Below are positions 19,707 to 20,000 of a stretch of 20,000 nucleotides of DNA, one piece after another; positions within the stretch are counted from its first letter, which is position 1; every line of letters begins with the position of its first letter. Source of the DNA: Sphaeroforma arctica JP610 (Eukaryota); contig NW_014040245.1 in NCBI RefSeq assembly GCF_001186125.1, positions 70,004 through 90,003 on the forward strand. Direction: 5' to 3'. Below the pieces are notes generated by a model. That model was given only the letters and a program-made list of their open reading frames with translations. It did no database searches and was not told where the DNA came from. The position numbers were made by a program, and so were the translations under genes.

Positions 19707-19919
19707 GTAATGATTGGTTTTGTGCATTCTATGACGTGCTCAGCACACTCGCTTCCACGAGAAATGGTTATCGGCCGAAATAGGCAAAAATCTGATACGT
19801 ATTTTGAAAAGATTGTGTAGCAAGTACATGTTCCGTTCGATATATCTAGCTGTGCAATTTAAATATGTGATGCAATGCGAAAATACGTATATGGAGAGTC
19901 GCATGTGTACGAATTCTTG

Positions 19920-19920
19920 T

Positions 19921-20000
<80 letters not shown>
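19920..20000. repeat. (TACA)n/(CA)n microsatellite in BLTP1 intron 1
   Basis: More than 30 CA units running to the window end. Confidence 0.96.

Noticed and set aside
19740..20000. Minus-strand ORF MCVCVCV...
   Set aside because: Translation of the (CA)n microsatellite.

Overview
Intron-rich eukaryotic genomic DNA. The gene set, intron sizes and TA/CA microsatellites suggest a unicellular opisthokont, possibly an ichthyosporean such as Sphaeroforma (inference only). I assembled four protein genes by hand from splice signals and remembered family motifs. (1) First exon of STRAP/UNRIP (WD40), minus strand, running off the left edge. (2) Head-to-head with it, a complete 7-exon FNBP4-like WW-domain gene on the plus strand (1187-7166, ~1048 aa). 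(3) Tail-to-tail with that, a complete 12-exon GRIP-domain golgin most like GCC1/GCC88 on the minus strand (8161-17391, ~1014 aa). (4) First exon of a BLTP1/KIAA1109 (Tweek/Csf1) lipid-transfer gene on the plus strand at the right edge. The most unusual feature lies in golgin intron 10: three tandem ~295-bp units, each holding a ~130-155-nt fold-back hairpin. The units derive from the host exon-10/intron junction, and the hairpins pair better in the pre-mRNA orientation, so this is a candidate intronic small-RNA or splicing-regulatory cluster. Other observations: a strong U bias at donor position +4, a recursive-splice-like AG|GTAAGT site, a possible TA-flanked TIR element upstream of the golgin, several minisatellites and two assembly gaps.
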